Below are positions 36,078 to 49,367 of a stretch of DNA of 64,000 bases, one piece after another (position 1 is the stretch's first letter; each line of letters begins with the position of its first letter). Position numbers and translations under genes: made by a program. The notes under the pieces are model-generated. The model did not search any database and had not been told where the DNA came from. It saw nothing but the letters and a program-made list of their open reading frames with translations. This stretch comes from Takakia lepidozioides (Eukaryota > Plantae > Bryophyta), in assembly GCA_030704615.1 (NCBI GenBank), contig CM060731.1:36456001-36520000 (forward strand). Reading direction: 5' to 3'.

Positions 36078-38243
36078 TTCTGCCAAGACTTACTTTTCCT
36101 AGAGCTACATATGCAATCATCTATGTTCTTATTTTGAACCTTGCTGGACCTTGTAATGAAATTCCAAGATTGCTATGTTGGGCATGCTGTCGGCAAGGTC
36201 CTTGAGGATTGTAAAGGTTAAATGGACGACCACACTGTTGGGAGGCTAATCTAAGTTGAGGAGCAGTGAGTGTAGATTAGGGAGTGCGGGTAATAGAAAA
36301 CAATAAAGTCCCTCTCCAGATATCCACACTCACTCCAGGTTACCCCAGTACCAAAAACAGCACATGATTGAGGGTGTTGGCCTCTCTGCAGCCTCTCTGC
36401 AGTCAACCAATGTGGTGTACTATTGGTATTGTAGTCTTGTGATTGGCCTGGGACATTGTTTTTCACCTAGGCGAGACTGATAAACAAATTCCAGTACAAA
36501 CTTTGTAGAGCTTTCATGATAAACTACAATACCTGGATTGTCAAAAGTTATTGTGATGGCTCTTCTCATGTCTATCAATCCTACTATTGTAACCCTGTAA
36601 GACATTGAGGTACATTGAGACTACTGTGGCACGTATTGTCCTCCCCTGTGTCTGGATCTATGTTGTTTTAGCATAGAAGAGCCTAATAAACTGCTATAGA
36701 CCATTTGTTGCAGCATGATCTCCATTCATGTATTAAGCTGGAAAATGGTTGGATTATCTTATAAGTGCTGACAGTTGAGGGAGTCTCCAGTGATAGATTT
36801 TTCAGTTGTTTGCCAAAAGAGGATTGTGAAGCTTGTGCATTTTTCTAAATAATATTGGCTTATCTTTGGATTTAGCTCTAATGGAATCATCATTTATCAG
36901 ATGGTCCCACTCTGGCTTTCCAATTTAAATGCCTCTTTCATTTCTATGTTGTGAATTGCATCTTCCAATCTGTTGATAACCTGTTCATGTGCATAAAGTA
37001 CTATGTAGATGATTCCTACAGTCTGGTGGTGAAGGAGGTGAGGAGGTGTAAACCATCACCAATTGAAGAGAGGGGAAATGAGTGGGGGCAGTGGGGGATG
37101 ACAATTAGCAGGACAGCGAAGGAGGAAATTTGTAGTGCAGGACTTACAAAAGAGTGCAGGCACAGATCTCCAGAGCCAACAAGAGAGGTTTTTCAGATGG
37201 TTTCCAAGAGAGGTTTCTTTTAGTACAGAGCTTTTAATACATTTGAAATTCAAACACTGCTGGAACATAGTCTCGATGGAAGCTCCTAAACAATGAAGAG
37301 ACATAACTTCGAGAAATCTATTGAGACCTCATAGAATTGTCGGAAAAGGGCTGTGTGTGTGTGAGGAGGGGGGGTGTTAATGCATCGCCCAACCTTTGAG
37401 ATAGAAACCTCAGACCAAACACACTTCTCAATCTCAATAAATGAGCAAGAGGCAAAAGAGCTTTCACCAAAGTAAATGCCTGCTCTACACAAAGAAACGA
37501 CATAAATTATGCCTCCACAGCCGACTTAGATTGCAATGATTTGGGACAGAAACCATTCCGAAAACACTTTGAGAGATGATTCAACCACCTCTCTAAGTCT
37601 ACGACTGCTTGTAAGAGGAAAGAAGCAACCACCTAGTCTGGAGAAAAGAAAGGGGAGGAAATGAAGTCAAGGATAAACTGCAAAGAGAAAGTATCCACAC
37701 ATCTGGTGAGGGCGGCCATAGCAGCAGATGATGGTGACTTAGTAGAAACATGACGTGGGCACTCTGTTGCATTGTGCTCCCATGAGCCCCACGACGAAGA
37801 AGATCGCTGGAGCCTCCGTATTCAGTTGAATCAAGAAACTTCTGGGCAGTCCGGGGAATTTCTCCAGGGGTAGATATCTCGGGCTGCCCTTTTCGAATAT
37901 TATCTGTGCTGCCCGGACACCCCTCCGGCAGCAGTATACCTGGGCGGGCTGCCCCTTTTCATGGGTTTCTTCCCAAAGGAAGACAGGGAAACAACGCTTA
38001 GCTACAATCCGTTCCAGAGATCACTGTAATTACAGAAAGGCCACAACTTCACAAAGTCAGATCTTGGGTTTCAAGTGTAATTGCGTTGGGGTGTGGCGTT
38101 CGAAGGATTGAAGCGGATTGAAGGCAGATTTGAGAGCTTTCAACCGATCCATGGCGTAATTTTGAGGAAAGGTGAAGAGCTTAGGTGTAGGAGGTTGGTC
38201 CAGAGGTGGAAGTCACACAGGTGCAGAGACGTGCACAGGTTGA

Positions 38244-41200
38244 ATGAGGTTGAATGAGATGGTGGGCGAGGAGGCGAAGGGAACGGTGTGCAAGTGGATT
38301 GTGAGAGACTGCTCGTCCGAGGCAGAAGTTCACCCTGCCAGCAATGTGTTGAAGGAGGAGCGTTACCAGCTCTGGCAGACAGGAGTGCCTACCGACGAGG
38401 CCTGGATGGTACTGGAGCCCCAACCCCCAAGCGCATTTAACAAAGTCGAGATTGTGAATGCTGGGTCATCGCTTGTTGAAATCTATGGGCTGCGGGAGGA
38501 CACGGATGGTGATGCCGAGGAAGATTATGAACTCTTATTATCCGCGCAGCAGGTTGGTGTTATTTGCATACCGAATTCAGCAAACCCGAGTTTCCATCCT
38601 GTATTTCCAGCGTTGTAAGTCAGGAGTCAATAGCGTACAATTCCACAATTGCTGGCAGATTGAACTCTGATTTGCGACTATGGACGAGGTCACACTTGGT
38701 ATGGAAAGGGTTCTACTAAGGTCATCGAAAATTGGGAACATCTGCTTTCAATGCAGCAAGTTCTTCGCAGTGCGTTTCTCATGCATTCTGCTACAGGCAG
38801 GACCTATACTCCCCTGAAAGACCCATTATTCACCAACCCAGGTGGGGTTTGGCAGTTTTGAGTGATCACCTCGCCATGTGTTGAGTACATGGTTTACGCT
38901 ACACTGTAGGCCATTGCAAGAAAGAGAAAGTATATGTTCCTGTTCTGGAATTACAATGGTAAACCCTAAACCCTTAGCATGGTGAAAGTACTTTAATATA
39001 AGAGGAAGAACATGTTATCATGAAGAATGTCTTATGGGTGATATTCAGGTGATGTCAGTGAAGGACTTGGTGAGCAAAAGCAACCGCAATCGCGCATTTA
39101 CATATGACATTGATGTCACTCACAAGCTGTCACCCCTTGCTGCCCAGCAACGGTAATTCTCTCTACCAAACTACAGGCAAACGAATTGCATCTCAGTATT
39201 CTGCAGGGATGATGCACTCAAGGGTACATAATCAATCCTTAGGATGAACAGTCAAAGGAGACATCCCTTGTCAAATGCCAAGCAATGTCTCCTGTTTCTT
39301 GATGGCAGTTTATATGGAAGCTTTGCAAAGGTGGAAGATTTGGTACAAGAACAATGTATGTTCAGTCTTTTTACTGACTCAACACATGGGTAATAAGTAT
39401 GATCAGTTTTGATTAGTGCAGGTGGAGAAAGCTGCGGGTGGTCTGTAAGCAGCCCTTTGGCACTGCTGAGCACCAAACTTCTATTGGCCTGGCTTTCATT
39501 CACTTTTCGCCTTGCAAATCCAAAGCTGACAAGTCGTATGTGAAGGCTCATTCCAGAAGTCAGGCGAAGATTTTAGTGACAAGTTGTATGGTGCCGAGTG
39601 TTGGTAACAAGTTCCAGAACAGAGTAGAACCCTCTAGATCCCAAACAGACCACCATCTGGCTGATGATGAAGAGGAGAAATTGAACACTCCGCTAGTGGA
39701 CCTCAGGAAAACAGACAATGGGAGGAAGCTCCCAACCTGGGCATCACCCAGTAAGTCTGCAAACTCAGAAGACAAATCTGGACAAAGATGCCTGGAACCT
39801 TCCATAATAGATGGCAACACAGAAGGCAAAGATGGTATAGATGAGAAAGATATTCAAAGAAGGAGGTCCTTCGCCAAAAGCGTTAAAAGCATTGGGAGTA
39901 GTACAAAAGTTGTGGCTTATTCTGAAGATGAGATTAATGGTACAGATATAGAGGTGCAAGATAGAGACAAAAGACTTCAATCCAGGGGAGAAGCCAGTGA
40001 AAACTCAGAGAAGAGCCAACAAAACAAAAAAAGTCCTGGTGCTGAAGCAAGTCAACGCTCTGCCATTCAGGACAATCAAGGAAGAAAAAATAATAAGCGA
40101 AGTCAGACTCCGGATGTGGAGGAGAGGAAAGGAAGTAAGAAACTGAACAGCTCAAGGGTCGGTGATGAAGTTCAAGCCAACCTTAGCTCACGGAGCTCCG
40201 AGGCAGGAGGCACTGTAGCTGGCAAGCCATGGAATTCGCAAGGCCAATCCAATGATGGAGGAGGTCCAATCTCTCATATGACTACCGACCACAGCAATAC
40301 AGACAGAAACATTAGCAGGAAACTAGGTGCTGGAAGAGGGATTGGAGTTGGTTGTTCCAAATCTGTCAGTTCCACCAAGCATCAAGACAATGCGGCTTCC
40401 GGAAATTTTGCAATGATAGGGACCTCTTCTGGGGGGACAGGTGAGAGAAACAAGGAGGCTGGCAATGGGATGGGCGGTGCTAGGAGAGAGGGTGGTACAG
40501 AAGGAAAGAGCACTGCTGTGCAAGACTTCTCAAGACTTATGGTGAGATCTCGCTGACTAGAGAGGCCAGGTTGACGTATGGCACACTTTTGTGTGACATG
40601 TGCCTTGTTTTGGGTGACCTGTCTTACTTTAGGGACCTTAGGGAAAAGAGGGAGGGAGCCTCACATGTTGTGTCAACTTTTAACAGTCCTGAAGAAGTAC
40701 TGTGTGGTGGCAGGGAGGAGTGGCATTCGCGATATCAGGATTAGTAAATCCAGAGCGTGGAGAAGTCCGAGATATGGGCCTGGATATGGGAGCCCAGTAC
40801 CGGCCTGACTGGACTTCAGACTGCACCCTGCTTGTGTGTGCATACCCCAACACTCCCAAGTTCAAGCAAGTGAAAGGAGCCGGTGGAACCATTGTCTCAA
40901 AGGTTTTCTCCCTGTTCTTCTAGTCCAAATGACATTAGTGTAGGATGTTACATGGTATTCTCTGTGTCGGCAAGACCTATCACAAGGTGTTTGCACATAT
41001 TCTTACCTATATCTGGCCTGTAACTGAATGCTTTTAGTTGGAAATTACTTGGTCCCAAGATCATGTTGTAAACAACAGTCTCTGGTCTTGCTTGATAATT
41101 TTAGTAGAGACAAGTCAGAAGTGCAGAACTGAAATCTCTTTTCCAGTCATCACACTCGCTTACATTGTTTTTGCTTTCAATGACGAATGATGTCCGGATG

Positions 41201-43730
41201 GCAGGAGTGGATCCCCAGATGTCACAAACAAAAGATGCTCATTGACATCGACAGGTAGCATGTCCACTTTTTGCTGCTAAGCTTTCGCTTTTGCTGTCCG
41301 AACTGTGAACAGTCTAATGGATATTGCAAGAACAGTTTGTAAGATTGCATTCCTCCACTGTATGTCATATCTCATCCCTAGACTCAAAGAACACAGCACC
41401 CAGGACACTAATACACCCCTGAAGATGAGTAGGGGCTGCAATTACATCCACTCTGGATCGGGGCTGTTGGTGAACTTCCAAAAAAATAAGGTATCTTGAC
41501 ACTGTGGGCCCCGAGGAATCTGACCTGATTGCATAGAAATGGATTGCAGTCACATTTTTTGGCCTACTAATGATCTTAAAATGCAACATGATTTCCCTTA
41601 ATTCTTCTGCATTTTGATTGGAGGGTGCTAGTCCATGTTTATTGAGAAGATTGAAGAACCCCATGTGTGGACCCTGCCCTTTTGTTCATGAAGCCAGGCC
41701 CACCATATAGCACTTTCTCGCTCATGCTTCAAACACGCAGGGCATGCCAATGGTCAGGGCAATACGTCTCACTGTAGGTGGGGTCCAAGCATGTGTGAGG
41801 TTATATCTGTGGTCGGCACACAGCAAGCCAGCACCACAGGCTCTCCACTTTGGGTACTTAAGGGGAAGGATCCTCAGTTTCTGACAGGTGGCTACTGTGT
41901 ATTTCCATTTGCATTGTCAGCAGGATCTTTCATATGCACTTTACTGGATTTTGCAGGTACCTTATGCACTCGGGGAGGCCATGGAGGAAGGGCAACTTCA
42001 AACAAACTGCAGATCATGTTAGTGTAGGTAAATCACATGCCTTAGGATCCCCTCTGAGATTGTCTGAAATTGTGTTTTCTGCAAAACTAAAATGACAAAG
42101 TTGTGCTCAAAATAGTGTAGGTAGCACCGCACTGCTGATAAATGCATGGACAGAGAGCAAATTAGGGTGCTACCTGGTAAGGTAGTTTTGTGACTTTGGG
42201 ACACCTACCTGTTAAGGCCCAACAGTGTTAGGTGGGCCAGGCCTTGACTAAATTTGGAAAATCTTCTCCAATTCTTGGGATCGAGTCCTGATATCCTTAA
42301 ATTGTACTGGAGTTAGTTGACAGAGATGAATAACCTAATTTATATGTATGTAGTCAATAGCCAGGACAATTGACTGCATGAGCAAGTACACAGGAATACC
42401 AAACAGTGTTGCAAATTATTCAGAGGGCTTTCAGGACCTATAGAAGCTGTATGAGTGACTTGCCCACGAAGATATACTAATCTGCTATCATCCTGCCAAC
42501 TGTTCTGGAAACACTCTTCACATTTCTGCAGAGGACGAGAAGGAGGATCAGTGCAGGGCTGCTCCAGCAGTGAAACAGTGGGTGCATGAGGATTTGAAGG
42601 CGAGTATGGAATGGCTGCAGCAACAACAAGACAAGGCAATCTGCTTTGCCTTTTTGACTGTAGCTTGTGCTTGATGAGGTGTGTCAGCTGAGGGATCCTG
42701 TAGCATTGTTAAGGGGTGTGGTAAGGGCCCAAATACAGGGTGAGGTAGGGAGGACAGCTGAACTCGAAGAGGACCGAGGTCATGTCCAGTAGACGAGAAC
42801 AGATGTGCCAGGGTTTGGTTGAAACTGCACATTGCTAAGAATGTGGATATGATGATGGGATTCATTGCAGCCAGATGCACATCAGTTGGAATCAACAGCA
42901 GCACAGGGCATCCTGGTCTGCCTGGATGATACTATCGAGAGTCTTAAGGAAAAACTGGTATGTTTGCATAATTTCATGGAAGTAGCCATCCTTTAACCTT
43001 GGTATTCATTAACAAGTTACTGCCTTGCTGGCATACACACTACTCAAGGACGTGGCATGTAGGCAGATACATATTTCTTTGTCATCCAAAGCAGGACAAA
43101 TTACAGGCAGCCGTTGCCCAATGAGATTGGTGGGCGGCCATATTGTCAGCCTCCATTTTTGTTTTTGGATGATGTTTATGTAATGTACCTAGGAACTGAC
43201 GGCATCTCTGGCTTCTCTGCAGGGTGTCTGCAGCATCATTGAGAAGTGGAGTTTCGTTCCACGGCCAGTCAAGGAGCTAGCAGCCCTGGAAGAAGGCAAC
43301 AGAGGTACAAGGATTGCAACAAGAGACCTAATCAAGGAAGCGGAGCGACTTAGGCGTATCTATGATGAAGAATTGACAAAATGCACTCCTCGTTTGAAGA
43401 GGCTTTACCACAAGGCAGAAGAGAAAGAGGACATGACCAGGTCAGTTCAATTCAGAACCATTAGTGACACGAAACTGCAAAGTCACTAACCAAGAGTCTC
43501 TGGAGATCCTCCAAAGATGGTCAACTGAACGTGACATTTGCTGTTCAGTATACAAAGTTGGGTGCTCCTGTGCTCAAACGCTCAACTGCACAAGTTTTAC
43601 AATTCATGTTTGCAGTGGAAAGAGGGGAGCGAATGGAGAGGAGGTTGATGATTCTGCCACAGAGGTGATGTCAGATGTGGACTCCCAGGAAACTGTTGAT
43701 CGCAACAGTGACGATACAATAGTTATGTGA
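38244..43730 (+). CDS. XRCC1: DNA repair scaffold XRCC1 (N-terminal domain + BRCT + plant-type C-terminus), 10 exons
   Basis: Exons 38244-38552, 39049-39152, 39422-40541, 40714-40902, 41205-41254, 41957-42027, 42532-42635, 42871-42957, 43223-43440, 43616-43730. BRCT motifs GVAFAISGLVNPERG..MGAQYRPDW...CTLLVCA.PNTPKF.QV...GG.IVSKEWI; plant motifs KLPTW, WSFVPR.VKEL, SDDTIVM. Confidence 0.93.
41662..41793. mobile_element. possible small MITE in XRCC1 intron 5
   Basis: Imperfect 17-bp terminal inverted repeat CATGTGTGGACCCTGCC / CATGCTTGGACCCCACC. No clear TSD. Confidence 0.35.
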
Positions 43731-44298
43731 TCTGGCATTACAAGGAAAAACTTGTGGCGAAGTATTGACAGTAGCTAAGAGCAGCAGAGTGTAACAAGCA
43801 GGGAGAATCATCTGGGTTGTGCCAATGGAAAAATGACCACATTCAAGCATGCAGAGTGCAGAATGCACGACTTGCATAGGGAACAATCAAAATACACCGT
43901 CCGGAGCTCAACGACATGTAAAAGTGAACTGCATCAAGGATACAGAAGTAGTAGATGTGAAATAGAAAAACTATCCAGACTGCCTTGGTCTCACTTCTTG
44001 GGATTTATCACTGTACAGCTTGAAGCAACAGAGATGACTGCCTTGATGTTCCTCCTCATGGAATTCTTTGTGTCACATCATCAACATGACATGATGACAC
44101 ATTGAACAAAATATGGGCAGTTGGAGAGAGCCAACTTTTTCCACAGTTTTGAGTGCAAGATACATGTTCATGGCCAGGCTCAGAGCTTCCCTAGCATCAG
44201 CCACATATGTTGGAAGTCACCCAGAAGCAGGTACTTTTCTGCACAGTTTTGTGGATGGTGTTCGGATGTTGGCAATTTCAGCCAAAGATCTGCTTGAC

Positions 44299-44567
44299 CT
44301 TTACATTGCTAGTGAATACACTCCACTGATGAAAAGAGCATCAGTCCTCATTGATTTGGCTGGATTGGGGGCAGAGTCGGTATGTGATGACAAGTGGAAA
44401 GAAGAGACTGGGAAACAGATGTGATGGCAAAAATGTTTCTACTGAACTTTACATTGCTATTGAATACTACAATGATGTAAAGAGCATCAGTCCTCATTGA
44501 TTTAGCTGGATTGGGGGCAGAGTCAGTATATAATGACAAGTGGGAAGAAAGAGACTGGGAAAAAGAT
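44299..44567. repeat. two-copy tandem duplication, ~150-bp unit
   Basis: TTTACATTGCTA..AAAGAGCATCAGTCCTCATTGATTT.GCTGGATTGGGGGCAGAGTC..GAGACTGGGAAA at ~44299 and ~44448. Confidence 0.85.
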
Positions 44568-45775
44568 TTCATGGGAGCTTGAGAAAAGAAAGAAGTGATG
44601 TCTCTAATGCAGATTGTCAACAAAAATGGCCATCTATCTTTGCCATGTACTAATTTCAACACCTAGCAACATGAACTTCATAAATTGCTATCCTTCCTTT
44701 TGGTGACCTTTAGTGAAAGGAAAGGTTTACGCCATTTCCAGCTTATACCCAGTTTACTCATTGTCTATCCCCTGCAAGCCCCTTTTATGCTGACAAGGCT
44801 TTGCCGAATCAGTTACTACCAATGAGCCAGGAAGGCAGTCATATGTGAGATGATGAGGGGGAGTCTGCATGCGGACTCGTACACGCATCTGTTGTTGTGA
44901 TTCAGGAGTGGGCCCCATCACTTGCACGTGGACATTGACGCAAAACATGCACACAGCCCCGTCTCTCGTGAAGAGAAAAGTAGGACTAGAAACGCTCTGC
45001 CACATCTGGATCTGGCCTGCCATTATCTTCCAAAATATGTGGCCTATGCACCTCACTGCACAAAACTGCCATCAGAACATTTGGTGGTTGAAACCAAGCA
45101 CTTCAATCTTGTACAGCAAGAACACCATTTCTAGCAACACTTGAGATATGGTGGCTGACCTAGTGCAAGCTACTTACCTCCATAAGGACAATTACAAATA
45201 CCTTCCTGAAGGTATTCGATTTGTCTTGTATTGGCTGGCCAGCAGGATGCAAAACTATATCCCACATGTGTGGGGCTCAACTTTAGAGAGACCACAAACT
45301 TGCCAAAGAAATGAGTGGGAGGGGGCCCTTCAAACCGCTATACCTTTCAAGATTTTGGGTTGCTGGTGGTGGGGCCAGAAGCATTGGACAGGAAATTGTT
45401 TAGTGCAAAACTGACCACAAATTAGCAAGATCCGAGCATGTCTGAGAAAGCTACGGAATGTAGGAAAAGAAGGCATCCAACAGCTTTTTTTAAGTCCACA
45501 GAGGATCAATCATGCAATCGTATGACGATGCTAGCCTAATGACTGTTCAACAAGGATAATTGCAGCCCCGAGGAACCTCCAGGATGAACTGGATTGGAGA
45601 GGAAGGAAGGAAGATGGCCCTATCGTAGACGAGAGGCTGTCGGTCGGTTACCTGAGCGAAGGAAAGCGTTGCCACAAAACTTGTGAGCGACAAGACGCAC
45701 CTCATCACCTTGCCTTGGCTGCTGTGCTCTAACGTACACACTGCCTTTCACACCTACACTTGAGGTGGTGCAGCG

Positions 45776-47162
45776 ATGGCGCTCAGATGCGTGGCGGTGC
45801 AGGCTGCTGCGGTGTTGAGACTGGGGGGTAGACAGCCCATCTCGCAATCCTTTTGGGTCCCTCTCTCGCGGAGGTTTTCTCAGGCAGTTGAGGAGACCGA
45901 AGGTGCTGGCCCATCTGTGGATGTGCTTTTATGTGTGTTGTCGTTGTGGGTTTCGTGGAATCAATGTCCTTTCGGGTTCCTGTTGTGGAGTTGTATCGTA
46001 GCAGCTCGGAGTATTTTTCTTGATTTTTTGTCTATTCTCGCCCCCACCTCCTTCTTTTTTATCCTCTCTCATTTCAGTGTATGCATGCTTGCATGATGAG
46101 GAAAGCAATGTGTGCTTAACTAGGCTGAGTTGTTGTTTCCTCACTGCGTCTGGTTTGGACAAATTTGGTATGCTATGGCAGTTGTATTGGACGGGCTGCA
46201 CTACGCAAAGTCTCACGAGTGGGTGAAAGTAGAAGGCGAGACCGCCACTGTGGGCATCACTGATCATGCCCAGGTGTGTCTCACATTCCAATATATTCAA
46301 TCGTCCAATCATCTTGCGGGCCTTAAAACATCCGGAAGTGGGATTCGTTGATCTGTGCTGTCTCGCCCATACTTTCAGCTTTGTTGGTTGAATGCTGGTG
46401 ATGGCTGCAGAAAGAGCTAGGAGACGTGGTCTTCGTCGACTTGCCTGAACCGGGGAAGAAGTTCACCCAGGGTGAGACCTTCGGTGTGGTGGAGAGTGTT
46501 AAAGCGGCCAGTGATGTCTATTCGCCAGTGTCGGGGGAAGTCGTGGAGGTCAATGGGGTTCTTACCGACACTCCGGGCTTGGTGAGCTTCGAAATGAGTT
46601 TCTAATCTACATAAAGAGGCAAATTAGAGACGTGGATCTGGAGATGCTCTCTCTGCATGATAAGGGACAGTTGTAATATCTCTTGTAAGTTTGGATGCTG
46701 TTCTTCTCCAGCACCACCTAAAATGGTTGTGGCATGCTGAGAAGTCTGTAATCTTGTGTGGTATCGTTAGTTTGTGGTTACTACCAGATGAATGGTGCAA
46801 TGTTCAATGCAGTACATTGGATAATGACGGGCCGGTATTTGCGTGTGAGTGCAATATTCTATGTTGGTCCTCATGTCTGTCTGTGCTGATTGTTCTAACA
46901 GATGGTAGTGTTTCCATCTATCAATGTATGGGTTTATTCAACTGTGGGGTTGCTTTATCTCTTCACGCTGCAAGTATTTTCTTAGAACTTGTTAGTTTGA
47001 TGTGTTCTGTCAAAGCTTGATGAATGAAGTCTGAATTGGCAGGTGAACCAAGGCCCTTATAGCGATGGGTGGATCATGAAGTTGAAGCTCTCAGACAAGG
47101 GTGAACTTGACTCATTGCTGGACCCTGCAAAGTACAAGGAGCATAGTTCTGCAGGTCATTGA
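45776..47162 (+). CDS. GDCH: glycine cleavage system H protein, mitochondrial
   Basis: Exons 45776-45902, 46182-46273, 46411-46581, 47043-47162. [25 protein letters not shown], lipoyl site [31 protein letters not shown]. Confidence 0.96.
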
Positions 47163-48639
47163 TTCCTGTAAGATTCGGTGATTGCCCACATGCTACCAGC
47201 CAGAGTTGCAACAGTAAGCTCAAACATGTGCGTTTTACGAGGTGGACGCTTGGTGGCATCCCTGGAGGACTCACCAAGTCTGAGAATGCTAAAGCTGCCT
47301 GACACGAGTATGTAGGGTGGAATGACGGCTTTGAGTCCTTTGAAGGGCTTAGTTTGGATGACTTTCTTCCATCTCTTCTAAGCTATCAAAGGTAATTGGG
47401 AATCTGTAACTCTCAAGGACTCTAAGCTTTTCTTCCTGTCACTGTTGTCTGGCAGGGATTAGTGGAGCAGTCAAATTTGTAATTGAAACTTGATGGTTTT
47501 ATCCAATGTTGTGATTTGGCATTTAGTTGATCACTTACATCATTGAAGCAAGAAGCTGAGTTGTCTGCAGTTTGATGGAACCAGTGTGCTTTTGAGTGCC
47601 ATAAAATTTGTTGTGTGGTATGGAGAGACTGACAAGGTCAGGTGGTAGAAGAGGGGCTGCTTTTGACATGCATGGCAGCCCCCAACTGAAGGCGGAAGAT
47701 CTCTTTGCCCTGAGTCTGACAGAAGACATACTTGCAAGCATCCTCTGCTCTCCTGTACTACTGTGTCTTTCACATTAGGAAGGGTGGTTGGATAGAGCAC
47801 TTGATTAGTTACAATTCTATACAAGCAGCGGATAATTTGTCCGTCCTGTTTTCTGACTTTTTCATCCACCCCAATTTGTGAGTTGTCTCTCCCCGAAGTG
47901 TGCGGTAAATTAACGGACATTGTCTTTTCCTTCCCTCTCGTTTCTCCTCCAAACCATCAAGACCATCTCCCTCTGAAACGAATTCAGACTGTTTGTGCTG
48001 AGGTTTCCAATACCTCCCCGCCCCCCAACGCCGTATGAAGAGCATCTTATGAGGTCGCTTGAAAGTAGTATCTTTGTACACAAGTTTATGAGCTTCCTCA
48101 CTCAGGCTGTGTCATAACACCTTCCCCAGTGTTTGAAAGATGTAAACGGAATCTTCACTCTCTCTCGGCTGTCACTATGAACCCTTACCACCCATGCCCA
48201 TGGTTTTTCTCTTCCTGAACATCTCAACAACAAAAATTCTCTTGTCGACTCTGAAGATCTTCAGATCACTGAAAGAGTTGCTTCCTTTCTACAGTGGAGC
48301 AAACCAAGCAAACCCATTGAAGCTGCAGAATGTGCCACAGCAGATGCGAATGTCGGAAATTCTAGAAGGCAATCTTACTCGCACTGTTCCATTCCACCGA
48401 CATCTTCTATATATACAAACTGTGAGTAATTGCTCAGTAAGTATATCTGTTAGGGCACACTTGGCACTACCCTACTCATTTTTCTCTTATGGCTACTTTC
48501 ATTGCTGCCAGGAGATAACTACATTCATCCACTCTCACCTCTGCGCCCTCGTTCCGTTCCACTAATTTTTACGTATGTAATCGATTTAATTAGTATAATT
48601 TTCCAGCTGCAAAATTACATAAGCTCAACAAACATAGAC

Positions 48640-49367
48640 CAGTGTTTTGTTTTTCAAATTTGGAAAATAACAGGAGTGGCTACTGAGTTTTGCAGGAAAT
48701 AGCCATATTTTCTGTTCATCCACTGAAATTTGGACAGAGTCATCCTCCTCTGTACTTTCATCCATCTACATCATGGCGAATTCATCCAAGATTTTTCTTC
48801 CTGGGAGAATTTTGGCGATTTCTTCCATGAGAAAATAGGGTATTTACGACAGAATATTCGATTTGTTCTTTCGAGGTCGCAAAAGTGCAAAATTTCGCCC
48901 GGCCCAGGGTTTTTCTTTCAAATTTGGGAAATAACACCTGCATTCCCAGGAACTCGCCACGAGTTCCTATATATTCCCAAGGCGTTCCCGGGCGTTCCCA
49001 CATGTTCTCGAGCTCTCCCCGAGCTGGGGTTTGCTCCTGCACCTGCTGCCGACGAGCTATGGCTTCTGCAAAGCCACCAGACCTGCTGCCATGCTTTCTT
49101 GGGCTCTCGCGGGAGTGGTACTGAGTTTTGCAGGAAATAGCCATACGGTATTTTCTGTTCATCCACTGAAATTTGGACAGAATCATCCTTCACTGTACTT
49201 TCATCCATCTATATCATCCATATTAGGCGAATTCATCCTCAGTTTATTTTTCTTGGGAGAATTTTGGCGATTTCATCCATGAGAAAATAGGGAATTTACG
49301 TCAGAATATTCGATTTGTTTTTGGAGGTCGAAAAAGTGCGAAATTTCGCCAGAAATAAAAACACTTG
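48640..49367. mobile_element. hAT-like non-autonomous element (dimeric) upstream of UPL1
   Basis: Ends CAGTGTTTT / CAAGTGTTTTT; duplication AACATAGAC at 48631-48639 and 49368-49376; internal ~230-bp direct repeat (48675-48900 vs 49113-49350). Confidence 0.8.

Noticed and set aside
34186-36650. Degenerate L1 element
   Set aside because: No RT motifs; the readable segments are exons of the membrane-protein gene.
47653-47682. GGGGCTGC/GCAGCCCC hairpin as a Helitron 3' end
   Set aside because: No CTRR-T terminus at the expected distance and no other support.
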